A stretch of DNA of 64,000 bases from Dehalococcoidia bacterium (GTDB lineage Bacteria > Chloroflexota > Dehalococcoidia > Lucifugimonadales > Australimonadaceae): NCBI GenBank assembly GCA_965219845.1, contig CBDCOP010000004.1, positions 129,726 to 193,725 of the forward strand. Direction: 5' to 3'. The translations under genes and the position numbers were made by a program. Below are positions 8,952 to 17,710 of this stretch, piece by piece (the first letter of the stretch is position 1; each line of letters begins with the position of its first letter). The notes under the pieces are model-generated. The model was given only the letters and a program-made list of their open reading frames with translations. It had not been told where the DNA came from and did no database searches.

Positions 8952-9041
8952 GCGGCGTCTCCTGTTTGTCTGGAGCACTTGGTTGGTTCAGACCGTACCG
9001 GCGTAACGCGGCAGCCGCAAACGCCTCTCCAGCGCCTTGCG

Positions 9042-9545
9042 CTAACGCCCGAACCATGGTTCGTACTTCCGCACCGTCTCCGTGAACCCCCGCGTGCCCG
9101 GCGGCCACATGACGCGCCAGTGCGTTCTCTCGCGCACCAGCTCCTCCGTGCGCGCACGGAGTGCACCGTCCGTGTGTTCCACCCACACGCCGATGACGGC
9201 GTTCTGGCCGAAGATGCGCTGCGAGCTGATACCCATGCTCTCGATCGTCCGTCCCCTGGAGAGGCCGTCCACGAGCGCCCGCCACGCCGCGGGACCCATC
9301 GCGCTCGCCCGCTCCTGGCCGTCGCGGTCGAGCAGTTCGAACGCGGCTTCGTAGTCGCCGTCCTGCGACGCCTGGTAGAGCGCCTCGAACGTGCCGCGCG
9401 GCGACTTCACCACCGACGTCACGCCGAGCCCGAGGCCGATCAACTGCCCCACGAGCACGACGACGACCGCCGCCAGCACCAGCGCCGTCCAGTGCTCGAC
9501 CGCGCACACCCACCGCAGCCCGCTGCGCACGCCGGTCATCTGCAT
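9042..9545 (-). CDS. membrane-anchored hypothetical protein
   Basis: Start at Met47 (ATG 9545), overlapping the upstream MFS stop (TGATG). It has an N-terminal TM segment 'ALVLAAVVVVLVGQLIGLGLGV' followed by a soluble domain. Confidence 0.55.
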   Translation of the reverse strand: MQMTGVRSGLRWVCAVEHWTALVLAAVVVVLVGQLIGLGLGVTSVVKSPRGTFEALYQASQDGDYEAAFELLDRDGQERASAMGPAAWRALVDGLSRGRTIESMGISSQRIFGQNAVIGVWVEHTDGALRARTEELVRERTHWRVMWPPGTRGFTETVRKYEPWFGR

Positions 9546-10822
9546 CACGCTTCGGCTGCCGCTTTCAGCCGGGCGGGAATGGGAGGCTTCCGCGACGCGA
9601 GGAAGAGGAGCGAGCCCACTCCCACGACGACCCCGATCGCCAGGAAGGCGCCGGTGTAGTCGCCGTACGTGTCGCTCATCCACCCCGCGAACGACGGGCC
9701 GATGAGCGGCCCCAACATCACGAGTACGTTCGAGTAGCCCGCGATCTGCCCGAAGTAGCGCCGCCCGTAGAAGTCGGCGCGTATCGCTATCATAAGCGGC
9801 CCGCGCGTCCCCCAGGCCACGCCGTGCAGGAGCGCCGCGAACACGACGACGGGGGCGCTGGAGGCGTACGCCAGGATCACCAGCGCAACCGCGTGCATGA
9901 GCATGCAGACGGCCGCCAGGCGCGCCTTGCTATAGCGGTCGCCGATGTACCCGCCGCCGACCTGGCCGACGATGCTCGTGACCGTCACGAGCGTCAGCAC
10001 TGCCTGTGCGGACGTCTTGCTCCAGCCGAGCCCCTCCACGAGGTGCGGGACGAGGTGCACGAGCACCGCGAACACGGCCATCATCGCCGCCCCGTGCCCG
10101 AGCGAGACGTACCAGAACGAACGGTCCCGTATCGCCTCGCCAACCGTGAAGTGGAGCTCGGAGTCCACAGCAGTGCCTGCCGCGGAACGGGCAGGGGATG
10201 GCGCGCCGTCCGGCAGCAACCCATACTCCTCCGGATAACCGCGCAGCAGCTGGCAGAGCGGCAGCCCGATGACGAGGACCGCGATGCCGGTGCCGGTGGC
10301 CGTGGACTCCCATCCGTGCAGGACGAGCGACCACGCAACGATCGTCGAGAGCGCCCCCGCGAGTCCGATACCCGTGGAACTGAGTCCCAGCGCGAGTGCG
10401 CGCTTGCGCCGGAACCACCGCGTCGTCACAGTCGTGAGCGTGAGCCAGCCCGACAGGTTCGCTCCGAGCGACAACACCATAATGACGGCGAAGAAAGCGA
10501 TGAACGTGTCCGCGAACGGCAGGGCGATGAAGCCCAACCCGAAGAATACGATGCCGGCCTGCATGATCGAGCGTGGGTGGAACCGGTCCAGCAGCCAGCC
10601 GTGCGCCGGGCTCAGGATTCCCGCTACCAGCAGGGAGCCGGAGTAGGTGCTCGAGATGGCGAACTTGCTCCACCCGAAGTGCTCTTCGATGCTGAGCAGG
10701 TACTGGCCGAAAGTGAAACCGAACGCTGCGCCGGATAGCCCGTGGAAGAGCACGGACGACAGCACGATCCACCAGCCGTAGTACGGCATGTGGAACCTCA
10801 GGTGTCTGCTCGCCGTAGCCAA
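9545..10822 (-). CDS. MFS transporter
   Basis: 425-aa polytopic protein with about 12 predicted hydrophobic helices. An alternative start is Met12 (10789). Confidence 0.85.
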   Translation of the reverse strand: MATASRHLRFHMPYYGWWIVLSSVLFHGLSGAAFGFTFGQYLLSIEEHFGWSKFAISSTYSGSLLVAGILSPAHGWLLDRFHPRSIMQAGIVFFGLGFIALPFADTFIAFFAVIMVLSLGANLSGWLTLTTVTTRWFRRKRALALGLSSTGIGLAGALSTIVAWSLVLHGWESTATGTGIAVLVIGLPLCQLLRGYPEEYGLLPDGAPSPARSAAGTAVDSELHFTVGEAIRDRSFWYVSLGHGAAMMAVFAVLVHLVPHLVEGLGWSKTSAQAVLTLVTVTSIVGQVGGGYIGDRYSKARLAAVCMLMHAVALVILAYASSAPVVVFAALLHGVAWGTRGPLMIAIRADFYGRRYFGQIAGYSNVLVMLGPLIGPSFAGWMSDTYGDYTGAFLAIGVVVGVGSLLFLASRKPPIPARLKAAAEA

Positions 10823-10828
10823 CTTTGG

Positions 10829-11488
10829 TCAGTCGCCTCTTCCGGGTTCAGGCGCCATCTCAGCCAAGCCCCACGACTCCCACTCCGCCGACTGCCGGCG
10901 CGCGAACAATTCTATCTTCCGCTGGTGGGGAAACATCCGCTCGATACGGTTGCGGACTTCTTCCGGTTTCGCGGAGTGCGGGCCGCGCGGTGCGCTCACG
11001 AGCTGGCGGACGTTCCTCGCGCCGCGGGGCTGCGGAATGGCGCCGCGCTTGAACACGAGGCAGAGTTCACACTGGCTCAGCGTGTAGAAGCCGGGGTTGA
11101 CGCGCTCCTTGTCCCAGACGAAGGCAACAGTCGCCCACGCGAAGCCCCACGCCTTCCCCAGGTCGATCGCCTGGTCCAAGTGCGGGTTCGTCGCCCACAG
11201 GAACAGCAGGCTGTCGTCCGCCGCGATGCCCGGCACGTCCAGTTGCTTCAGGTCGTCCAGCGTCACGGTAGGGTAGTGGCGCTCCGCGCCGCCCGTGTCC
11301 CCGCTGCCGGGTCCGGCGTGCTGCAACTGTCCCTTGTAGTCCCAGGGCGGGTCCGCGTAGATGATGTCGTAGACGCCGGTGGGCAGCGGCGGGAACTTTC
11401 CTTCGCCGGCACCGGTTTCGTAGGCGGAGTGAGCCTGCGGAAGAGACGCTCCTGCGGGCCGTTTACGCCTGGCCTGCGCGATGGTCAT
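10829..11488 (-). CDS. MT-A70 family adenine methyltransferase
   Basis: 'YDIIYADPPWDY' carries the DPPW catalytic motif. 'LLFLWATN' and 'WDK..' segments are typical of MT-A70. Confidence 0.85.
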   Translation of the reverse strand: MTIAQARRKRPAGASLPQAHSAYETGAGEGKFPPLPTGVYDIIYADPPWDYKGQLQHAGPGSGDTGGAERHYPTVTLDDLKQLDVPGIAADDSLLFLWATNPHLDQAIDLGKAWGFAWATVAFVWDKERVNPGFYTLSQCELCLVFKRGAIPQPRGARNVRQLVSAPRGPHSAKPEEVRNRIERMFPHQRKIELFARRQSAEWESWGLAEMAPEPGRGD

Positions 11489-11549
11489 GCCGACCGCCTG
11501 CCGCGAACCGGTTGCGAGTGGCGTGAGGGGAGCGGGGGCATCCGTCCCG

Positions 11550-13067
11550 CTATCCCTCGAATACGAGCGACTTCACCACCACCGGGATCGCCTCCACCGA
11601 TTCCAGCTGCTCGCCAAGATCAATGAAGTTGAACTCGCCGACGTTGATGCCGTCCACGACGATGACTTCCTGCTCAACCTTGAACTCGTTCTTGAGCATG
11701 GCCCCGACGAGGCCTGCGACGTCCGCGCTCAGCACGATCGTCCAGACATGGTCGTGGAACGGCGCGAGTGCGCTCGCTATCCCGCTGCACATCGCCTTGA
11801 TCGAGTCGTAGGTGGGGATCACCGGCCCGATCACCGCCAACGCTATGTGCTTACCGATGTCATCCTGGGCGATGTCCAGCCGCTCGAAACTCTGCGCTAT
11901 CGCCTCGTCCACCGTCTCGCGGGTCAGGTCGTTGGGGTCGTCCGGGAGGTACGCCGGCACGACCTGCAGGTCGAGGTACGGCAGCAGCTCCGGCTTCGAC
12001 ACGAACACCGTGCTGGACGACACCTGCACCGTGTACTGCGATGCGCCGATCACGGTCGCACGGATGCGCTCCGCGCTTCCGGCCAGCGGGATGCCGAGCG
12101 ACGGCAACCGCCGCCGCACTGCCGCGCCCAGCAGCGGCCCCATGTCGCCGTAGTCCTGCTGGTCGTAGTCGTAGACGTACTCCGCGACGCCGCCGGAGAA
12201 GCCGATCTCGTCTATCGGCCCGTCGAACGCGATCGGCCCTGAGATGAGCAGGTCCGTCGCGAGCTGTGAGTACTCGCTGCGGGTGAGCACCTCGAAGAGC
12301 AGGTCGGCCAGCTTCTCGGCCACCTTCTCCTTCTCATCTTCCTCCATGCGCTTGCCGACCTCGACCTCCACGCCGACGCTGTGGGCTATGGTGCGCCCCG
12401 CCTCCTCGACGCGCTCCACGACGCTGCCAGCGTCCCACGCGATGAGGCGCGCGCCGACATTGATGGTCATCGTTTCCGGGACCTTGCCGTTCTGGACGAT
12501 GGCGACCTTCGTGGTGCCGCCGCCCATATCCACGTTCATGCCTGCCCCGATCTTGAGGGAACGCGCAACCGCGCCGGAGCCGTGCGCGCCAAGGATGCCC
12601 TCCAGATTCGGCCCGGCGGTCGCGCAGACGAAACGCCCGCCTGCCGCAGCCAGCATCCGGATGATCGCTTCGGAGTTGTGCTTCCGCACGGCCTCGCCGG
12701 TGCAAATGACCGCGCCGGTGTCGATGTCGTCCGCCTCCAGTTCGGCTTCCGCGTAGCTCTGCTTCACGAACTCGCCGAGCGAGCCGGTGTCTATCGTGTC
12801 GGGGTCGGAGTAGGGGGTCAGGAGGATGGGCGAGCGGTAGAGCACCTGGCGGAACACCACCTCGAACTCGCTGGACATCTCCGTGCTGCGCCGCCGCATC
12901 ACCAGCTTGGAGAACATCAGGTGCGAGGTGGAGGAACCGATGTCGATGCCCACGCTCGTGAGCCGCAGCCAGTCCGGGTTTATGGGGAATCCGTCTTCCG
13001 CGATGGAACCGAAGACGACCTCGTCCTCAGCGCCGTAATGTCCGTGCTCCCAGGGATCGTCGTGCAT
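11550..13067 (-). CDS. EutA-family (ethanolamine ammonia-lyase reactivase-like) ASKHA ATPase
   Basis: Start at Met20. 'SVGIDIGSSTSHLMFSKL', 'NVDMGGGTTKVAIV' and the C-terminal 'IDLG...IPVVVKSLVF' parallel E. coli EutA as I recall it. Confidence 0.75.
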   Translation of the reverse strand: MHDDPWEHGHYGAEDEVVFGSIAEDGFPINPDWLRLTSVGIDIGSSTSHLMFSKLVMRRRSTEMSSEFEVVFRQVLYRSPILLTPYSDPDTIDTGSLGEFVKQSYAEAELEADDIDTGAVICTGEAVRKHNSEAIIRMLAAAGGRFVCATAGPNLEGILGAHGSGAVARSLKIGAGMNVDMGGGTTKVAIVQNGKVPETMTINVGARLIAWDAGSVVERVEEAGRTIAHSVGVEVEVGKRMEEDEKEKVAEKLADLLFEVLTRSEYSQLATDLLISGPIAFDGPIDEIGFSGGVAEYVYDYDQQDYGDMGPLLGAAVRRRLPSLGIPLAGSAERIRATVIGASQYTVQVSSSTVFVSKPELLPYLDLQVVPAYLPDDPNDLTRETVDEAIAQSFERLDIAQDDIGKHIALAVIGPVIPTYDSIKAMCSGIASALAPFHDHVWTIVLSADVAGLVGAMLKNEFKVEQEVIVVDGINVGEFNFIDLGEQLESVEAIPVVVKSLVFEG

Positions 13068-13213
13068 GAGCCGCCTTTCGGATATCGGAAAGCGCGGGCA
13101 TCCGCGTGTGCCGAAACGGGGCACAACCCGCAGTCAACCGCCGCGCATCCGGAGATGCGCTCAATCTTATTCCTGCACGCGTCCGGCGGCAAGACGAGCG
13201 CCCTACCTGCTCC

Positions 13214-14437
13214 TCAGAAGATGCGCCACCACGGCGCCGCGAGCACGTCCGGCGCGACCCACTCCGCTGCGTTGCCCGTGTGCAACAACAAACCGGAACG
13301 CGCATTGTCCCGGTACTCCCGCCGGAAGGTGCGCAGGTGCGTCGTATCCCTGAAGTGCGGCCTGCCGGACGCCTTGACCTCGATGGGCAGCAGGCTGTCG
13401 CCTGCCTCGATCACGAAATCCACCTCCTCCCCGAGCGTCGTGCGCCAATACAACACCTCGGCGCGGTTGCTCTCCGAGTCCCGCCACACGAGCAGGTCCT
13501 GCAGAACGAGGTTCTCCAGGTGCTCCCCCCGAGGCTCGGTCTCCTGCGCAATGTGCATCGCCACTCCTACGTCGCCCCAGTACAGTTTCGGCGATTTGAT
13601 GAGCCGCTTCGTGCGGTTGACGGAGTAAGGAGCAACGCGTACAAGCAGATAGGAGGTCTCCAGCAGGTTCAGGTAGCGGTGGGCTGTCGGCTGAGAGAGC
13701 GCCGCGTCCCGCCCGATTCCGGACTGGTTCGTCATCTGGCCGACGCGGAGGCTCGCGGCGCGCATCACGCGCCGGAAGTCGGGCAGGGCAGCTATGGAAG
13801 CGATGTCCTGCAGGTCGCGCTCCAGGTACGTTTGCACGTATCCATCGAACCAAATGGCCCGTTCCCGGTGCGAAGCGAGACTGATGGCGGGAGTGGGGAA
13901 TCCCCCGCGCCGCGCCAGCTCTCGCCAGTCCTCCGGTTCATCCGGTTGTGCATTGACGATTTCGAGCCATTCATCGTCGCGCGCCGCCAGCAGGTCGCTC
14001 CATATCCCGGCGCGGCCCATGCCTCGTTGCTCGCGGCGCGTCATCGGCCAGAGCGTCAGGTAGCTCGCCCTGCCTGCGAGTGATTCGGAGACCTTGTGCA
14101 TCAGCAACAGGTTGGCCGAACCCGTGAGCAGGAACCGCCCCGGTTCGCGGTTCCGGTCGACCTCTTGCTTCAGTGCGTGCAGCAGGCCGGGAGCGCGCTG
14201 TATCTCGTCTATCGTCAGCGGTACACTCTCTTCCAGGAGAGATTCGGGCTCATTGTTGGCCATGTCCAGGGCTGTGTTCTCGTCGAGGGAAAGGTAGCGC
14301 CTCCCGCCTGGCGTGAGGTCGCGGGTCAGTACCGTCTTGCCCGTTTGGCGCGCGCCGGTCACCACCACCGCAGGCATCACGCGGAGGCGCTCGGCGAGGC
14401 TCGCCGTAACGGAGCGGTGCAGCACGACATCGTCCAT
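13214..14437 (-). CDS. AAA+ ATPase with C-terminal DUF4143 domain
   Basis: Walker A 'VTGARQTGKT'. A later 'YLLVRVAPYSVNRTKRLIKSPKLYWGDVG' is a DUF4143 pattern. The start is uncertain: in-frame ATGs at 14437, 14461 and 14476 all lie inside the repeat array. Confidence 0.8.
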   Translation of the reverse strand: MDDVVLHRSVTASLAERLRVMPAVVVTGARQTGKTVLTRDLTPGGRRYLSLDENTALDMANNEPESLLEESVPLTIDEIQRAPGLLHALKQEVDRNREPGRFLLTGSANLLLMHKVSESLAGRASYLTLWPMTRREQRGMGRAGIWSDLLAARDDEWLEIVNAQPDEPEDWRELARRGGFPTPAISLASHRERAIWFDGYVQTYLERDLQDIASIAALPDFRRVMRAASLRVGQMTNQSGIGRDAALSQPTAHRYLNLLETSYLLVRVAPYSVNRTKRLIKSPKLYWGDVGVAMHIAQETEPRGEHLENLVLQDLLVWRDSESNRAEVLYWRTTLGEEVDFVIEAGDSLLPIEVKASGRPHFRDTTHLRTFRREYRDNARSGLLLHTGNAAEWVAPDVLAAPWWRIF

Positions 14438-14439
14438 AG

Positions 14440-14549
14440 GTGAATGATAATCATTCAGCATGTGAATGACAATCATTCTCTGCGTGAATAGATTTCATTC
14501 TCTGCGTGAATAGATTTCATGCACTGCGTGAATAGATTGCATGGAGCAG
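14440..14549. promoter_or_regulatory. five tandem 22-bp operator-like repeats (GTGAAT-N6-CATTC) with a Fur-box-like core
   Basis: TGAAT begins at 14441, 14463, 14485, 14507 and 14529, an exact 22-bp phase. Unit 1 contains the 8-1-8 palindrome TGAATGAT-A-ATCATTCA. Confidence 0.5.
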
Positions 14550-14610
14550 GCCACGGCCTCCTGCAGACATCCGGCCAGTCCTGTCAGCCATGTCCGGACA
14601 AGGCCGTTCC

Positions 14611-14639
14611 TTGACGCCCAACCCGCCCGATAGTACAAA
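14611..14639 (+). promoter_or_regulatory. candidate sigma-70-type promoter for the bicupin gene
   Basis: TTGACG (14611-14616), a 17-nt spacer, then TACAAA (14634-14639). It lies about 55 nt upstream of ATG 14693. Confidence 0.3.
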
Positions 14640-14692
14640 GCATGACAGCGGCGCCGCCCAACGCGGTACGTAGCCCACAGGAGGAACAACAC

Positions 14693-15829
14693 ATGACGCT
14701 ACTCAGCCCCAAGCCGGAAGTTACGGCGGACCAGCCCCGGCTCAACAAGATCAGCGCCTATGAGGCCTTCGTCGAAAGCGAGGGCATCCCCAACATCACC
14801 GGCTTCGCTGTGGACGACCTCCGCACCGTCGAGGTCGCGCCGTGGGCCCGCCTCGACTGCCTCGGCGCGTACATCAACCTCGACGGCAACGGCGGCACGA
14901 ACGACGCCTACGTCGCGGAGATCCCGCCCGGCGGCAAGATGGCCCCGGAGAAGCACCTCTTCGAGAAGAACATCTACGTTCTGCAGGGCAGGGGCGCGAC
15001 GCTCGTCGGCGACGACCCCAACAGCCGCACGTCGTTCGAGTGGAAGGAGGGGAGTATCTTCTCCGTCCCGCTGAACGTCTGGCACCAGCACCTGAACGGC
15101 TCCGGCGCCGAGGCCGCGCGCTTCCTCGCGGTGACCACCGCGCCCATCACGATGAACCTCTTCCACAATCCGGACTTCATCTTCAGCAACCCGTTCGTGT
15201 TCGAGGACCGCATCGGAGACTCCCGCCAGTTCCAGGGAGAGGGCTACATGTTCACCGGCAACACCGGCCGCGTGAACGTCTGGGAGACCAACTTCATCCC
15301 GGACATCGAGACGTTCACCACCTTCACCTGGAAGGAGCGCGGCGCTGGCGGCTCCAGCGTCATGTTCGAGTTCGCCGACAACACGCAGGCAGCGCACGTC
15401 TCCCAGTTCCCGGTCGGCACCTACAAGAAAGCGCACCGCCACGGCCCCGGCGCGCACGTCATCATCATCTCGGGCCACGGCTACAGCCTTCTCTGGCCCC
15501 GCAGCGGCAACGTTCCTGAGGACGTGGTCCGCGTCGACTGGAAGCCCGGCGCGATGGTCGTCCCGCCGACCGACTGGTTCCACCAGCACTTCAACGGCGG
15601 TACGACGCCCGCGCGCTACCTCGCATTCCGCTGGGGCTCGCAGAAGCACGGCTTCAGCCTCGGTGTCGCGATGGAGGGCGAGGCCGATGTCTCGGTCAAG
15701 CTCGGCGGCGCGCAGATCGAGTACGAGGACGAGGACCCCTGGGTCCACGACACCTTCGCCGAGACGCTCGCGCAGGTCGGCGGCGAGTCCAGGATGACCG
15801 ACTTCATCCCCCGCCTGCGCGAAGGGTAG
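14693..15829 (+). CDS. bicupin protein (gentisate 1,2-dioxygenase-like fold)
   Basis: Start at ATG 14693, after AGGAGGA. Two cupin modules are present: 'GGKMAPEKHLFEKNIYVLQGRG' and 'GTYKKAHRHGPGAHVIIISGHGYS'. Confidence 0.7.
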   Translation: MTLLSPKPEVTADQPRLNKISAYEAFVESEGIPNITGFAVDDLRTVEVAPWARLDCLGAYINLDGNGGTNDAYVAEIPPGGKMAPEKHLFEKNIYVLQGRGATLVGDDPNSRTSFEWKEGSIFSVPLNVWHQHLNGSGAEAARFLAVTTAPITMNLFHNPDFIFSNPFVFEDRIGDSRQFQGEGYMFTGNTGRVNVWETNFIPDIETFTTFTWKERGAGGSSVMFEFADNTQAAHVSQFPVGTYKKAHRHGPGAHVIIISGHGYSLLWPRSGNVPEDVVRVDWKPGAMVVPPTDWFHQHFNGGTTPARYLAFRWGSQKHGFSLGVAMEGEADVSVKLGGAQIEYEDEDPWVHDTFAETLAQVGGESRMTDFIPRLREG

Positions 15830-15862
15830 ACGTGGAGCGCCCCATCCAGAACTGACCGGCAC

Positions 15863-15994
15863 ATGGACACTTGCATTCAGATCATCGGAGTACTAACGCT
15901 CACGGCTTTCGTCTACCTCCTGCTGCCGGACGCCGTGCACAAGTTCTGCTACGGCATCCGTAGGCGCGTCCGTCGGCGCGGTGGTCTTGACTGA
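15863..15994 (+). CDS. possible 43-aa single-TM peptide
   Basis: ATG 15863 to TGA 15994. The product is MDTCIQIIGVLTLTAFVYLLLPDAVHKFCYGIRRRVRRRGGLD: a hydrophobic core followed by a basic tail. It is below the ORF-track cutoff. Confidence 0.2.
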   Translation: MDTCIQIIGVLTLTAFVYLLLPDAVHKFCYGIRRRVRRRGGLD

Positions 15995-16149
15995 CGACTA
16001 CCGAACCGGAGGGAACCCTGCAAGCCAGATCGTGCGGATCAGCAGAGCCGCCCCGTTGGCGGCGCGTTGCTCACGCCTAACGAGTGCCGCAACCCCACTG
16101 TGTGCAGAGGTGAACTATCACTGAACGTCCTATCCAGAACTGCTACTGG

Positions 16150-16641
16150 GTGGAGCCCGGCAAGCTGCTGGCGGGCGAATACCCCAGGGAGCCCGACCAC
16201 GCGCCCTCGCTCACGAAACTCCGTGCGCTGAGGGACGCGGGCGTCTCCGCCTTCATCGACCTCACCCAGGAGGTCGAGGCTCAGGCCTGGGGCTGGATAA
16301 AGCCGTATGCCGAGCTCCTCGACGGCGCGTCACACGAGCGGTTCGCTATCACCGACATGGCCGTGCCCGACTCGCCCGCGCTCACGACTGCCGTGCTCGA
16401 CGCCATCGACGGCCACATCGCCGAGGGGCGCACCGTCTACGTCCACTGCTTCGGCGGCGTCGGACGCACCGGCGTCATCGTCGGCTGCTGGCTCGTGCGT
16501 CACGGACGCTCCGGCGACGAGGCGCTCGAACGGCTGGACGAGCTGTGGCAGGACTGCCCGAAGTCGGCGCGCCACCCCCGCTCGCCGCAGATGCCGGAGC
16601 AGCTCGATTACGTCCACAACTGGCGGGAGAATGCCCGCTGA
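16150..16641 (+). CDS. dual-specificity / tyrosine protein phosphatase family protein
   Basis: 'VHCFGGVGRTG' is the HCxxGxxR(S/T) P-loop. GTG start; see the finding on the N-terminus. Confidence 0.8.
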   Translation: MEPGKLLAGEYPREPDHAPSLTKLRALRDAGVSAFIDLTQEVEAQAWGWIKPYAELLDGASHERFAITDMAVPDSPALTTAVLDAIDGHIAEGRTVYVHCFGGVGRTGVIVGCWLVRHGRSGDEALERLDELWQDCPKSARHPRSPQMPEQLDYVHNWRENAR

Positions 16642-16720
16642 CGGCTGGGCAGGGGACGCTTGGCCAGGCGCCAGCAGAGGCAGAGGGCGGGAACGCGTGC
16701 CGGTGTATCCTAGTCGTCCC

Positions 16721-17521
16721 ATGAGCGAACTCGCCGAACGCATGCAGCTCGCCGTCCGCATCGTGCGGGAGGTCGGCGCGCACGCCATCACCTACTACCA
16801 GCAGCAGGACATCGGCCTCGACTTCAAGCCGGACCGCTCGCCCGTCACCCGCGCCGACAAGGAAGGCGAGGAGCTCGCCCGGCGCATCCTCGACGCCGAG
16901 TGCTCCGCCGACGCAATCCTCGGCGAGGAGTACGGCGAGAAGCACGGCGGGTCCGGCTACCGCTGGTACCTCGACCCCATCGACGGCACCGAGTCGTTCA
17001 TCCGCGGCGTGCCGCTGTTCGGTTGCATGGCCGGACTCGAACACGACGGCGAGTCCGTCGCGGGCGCGGTCTGCTTCCCGGCCCTCGGCGAGATCGTCTA
17101 CGCCGCGACGGGGCAGGGCGCGTGGTGGGCCATCGGCATCGGCGCGCCGCAGGCCGCGCTCGAACCGCGCCCCGCGCGCGTCTCGTCCGTCGCCGACCTC
17201 GGCGAAGCCACGTTCTGCGCCACAGACTTCCGCAACTTCGCCCGCATCGGCAAGGCAGACGGCCTCGCGCGCCTCCTGGGCGCGGCGCCCCGGTCGCGCG
17301 GCTGGTCCGACTGCTATGGCCACTACCTCGTCGCAACGGGCAGGGTGGACGTGATGATCGACCCGCTGATGAACGTGTGGGACAACGCGCCGCTGCTGCC
17401 CATCGTGGAAGAAGCAGGTGGCCGCTTCAGCGGCCTGGACGGCGCGCACACCATCCACGCGCCCAACGCCGTCTCCACCAACGGCCTCCTCCACGACGCC
17501 GTGCTCGCCCTGCTGGGCTAG
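16721..17521 (+). CDS. inositol monophosphatase family protein (possibly histidinol-phosphatase type)
   Basis: Start at Met139 of the track ORF. 'ILGEE' and 'WYLDPIDGTESFIRG' are classical IMPase motifs. Confidence 0.85.
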   Translation: MSELAERMQLAVRIVREVGAHAITYYQQQDIGLDFKPDRSPVTRADKEGEELARRILDAECSADAILGEEYGEKHGGSGYRWYLDPIDGTESFIRGVPLFGCMAGLEHDGESVAGAVCFPALGEIVYAATGQGAWWAIGIGAPQAALEPRPARVSSVADLGEATFCATDFRNFARIGKADGLARLLGAAPRSRGWSDCYGHYLVATGRVDVMIDPLMNVWDNAPLLPIVEEAGGRFSGLDGAHTIHAPNAVSTNGLLHDAVLALLG

Positions 17522-17523
17522 TC

Positions 17524-17662
17524 GCTCCTCTCTCCCTGCGAGAAGACCCTTGCATTACCGTGAGGGGAGAGGCGGTGCCGGGTTATTCGATCCCTTCCCC
17601 CTCGATGGGGGAAGGATAGGATGGGGGTGAATCGGCGGGGTCTGGGGCGGTGCGGGTGAGGG
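17524..17662. repeat. composite palindromic repeat, copy R1
   Basis: About 135 bp, roughly 85% identical by eye to 18921..19058. It includes the hairpin cccttccccc-tcgat-gggggaagg. Confidence 0.7.
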
Positions 17663-17710
17663 CCTGCGCGCTGAGGGAGGGATTCAGCATCCCCCCGTGA
17701 GCGCCGCGCC

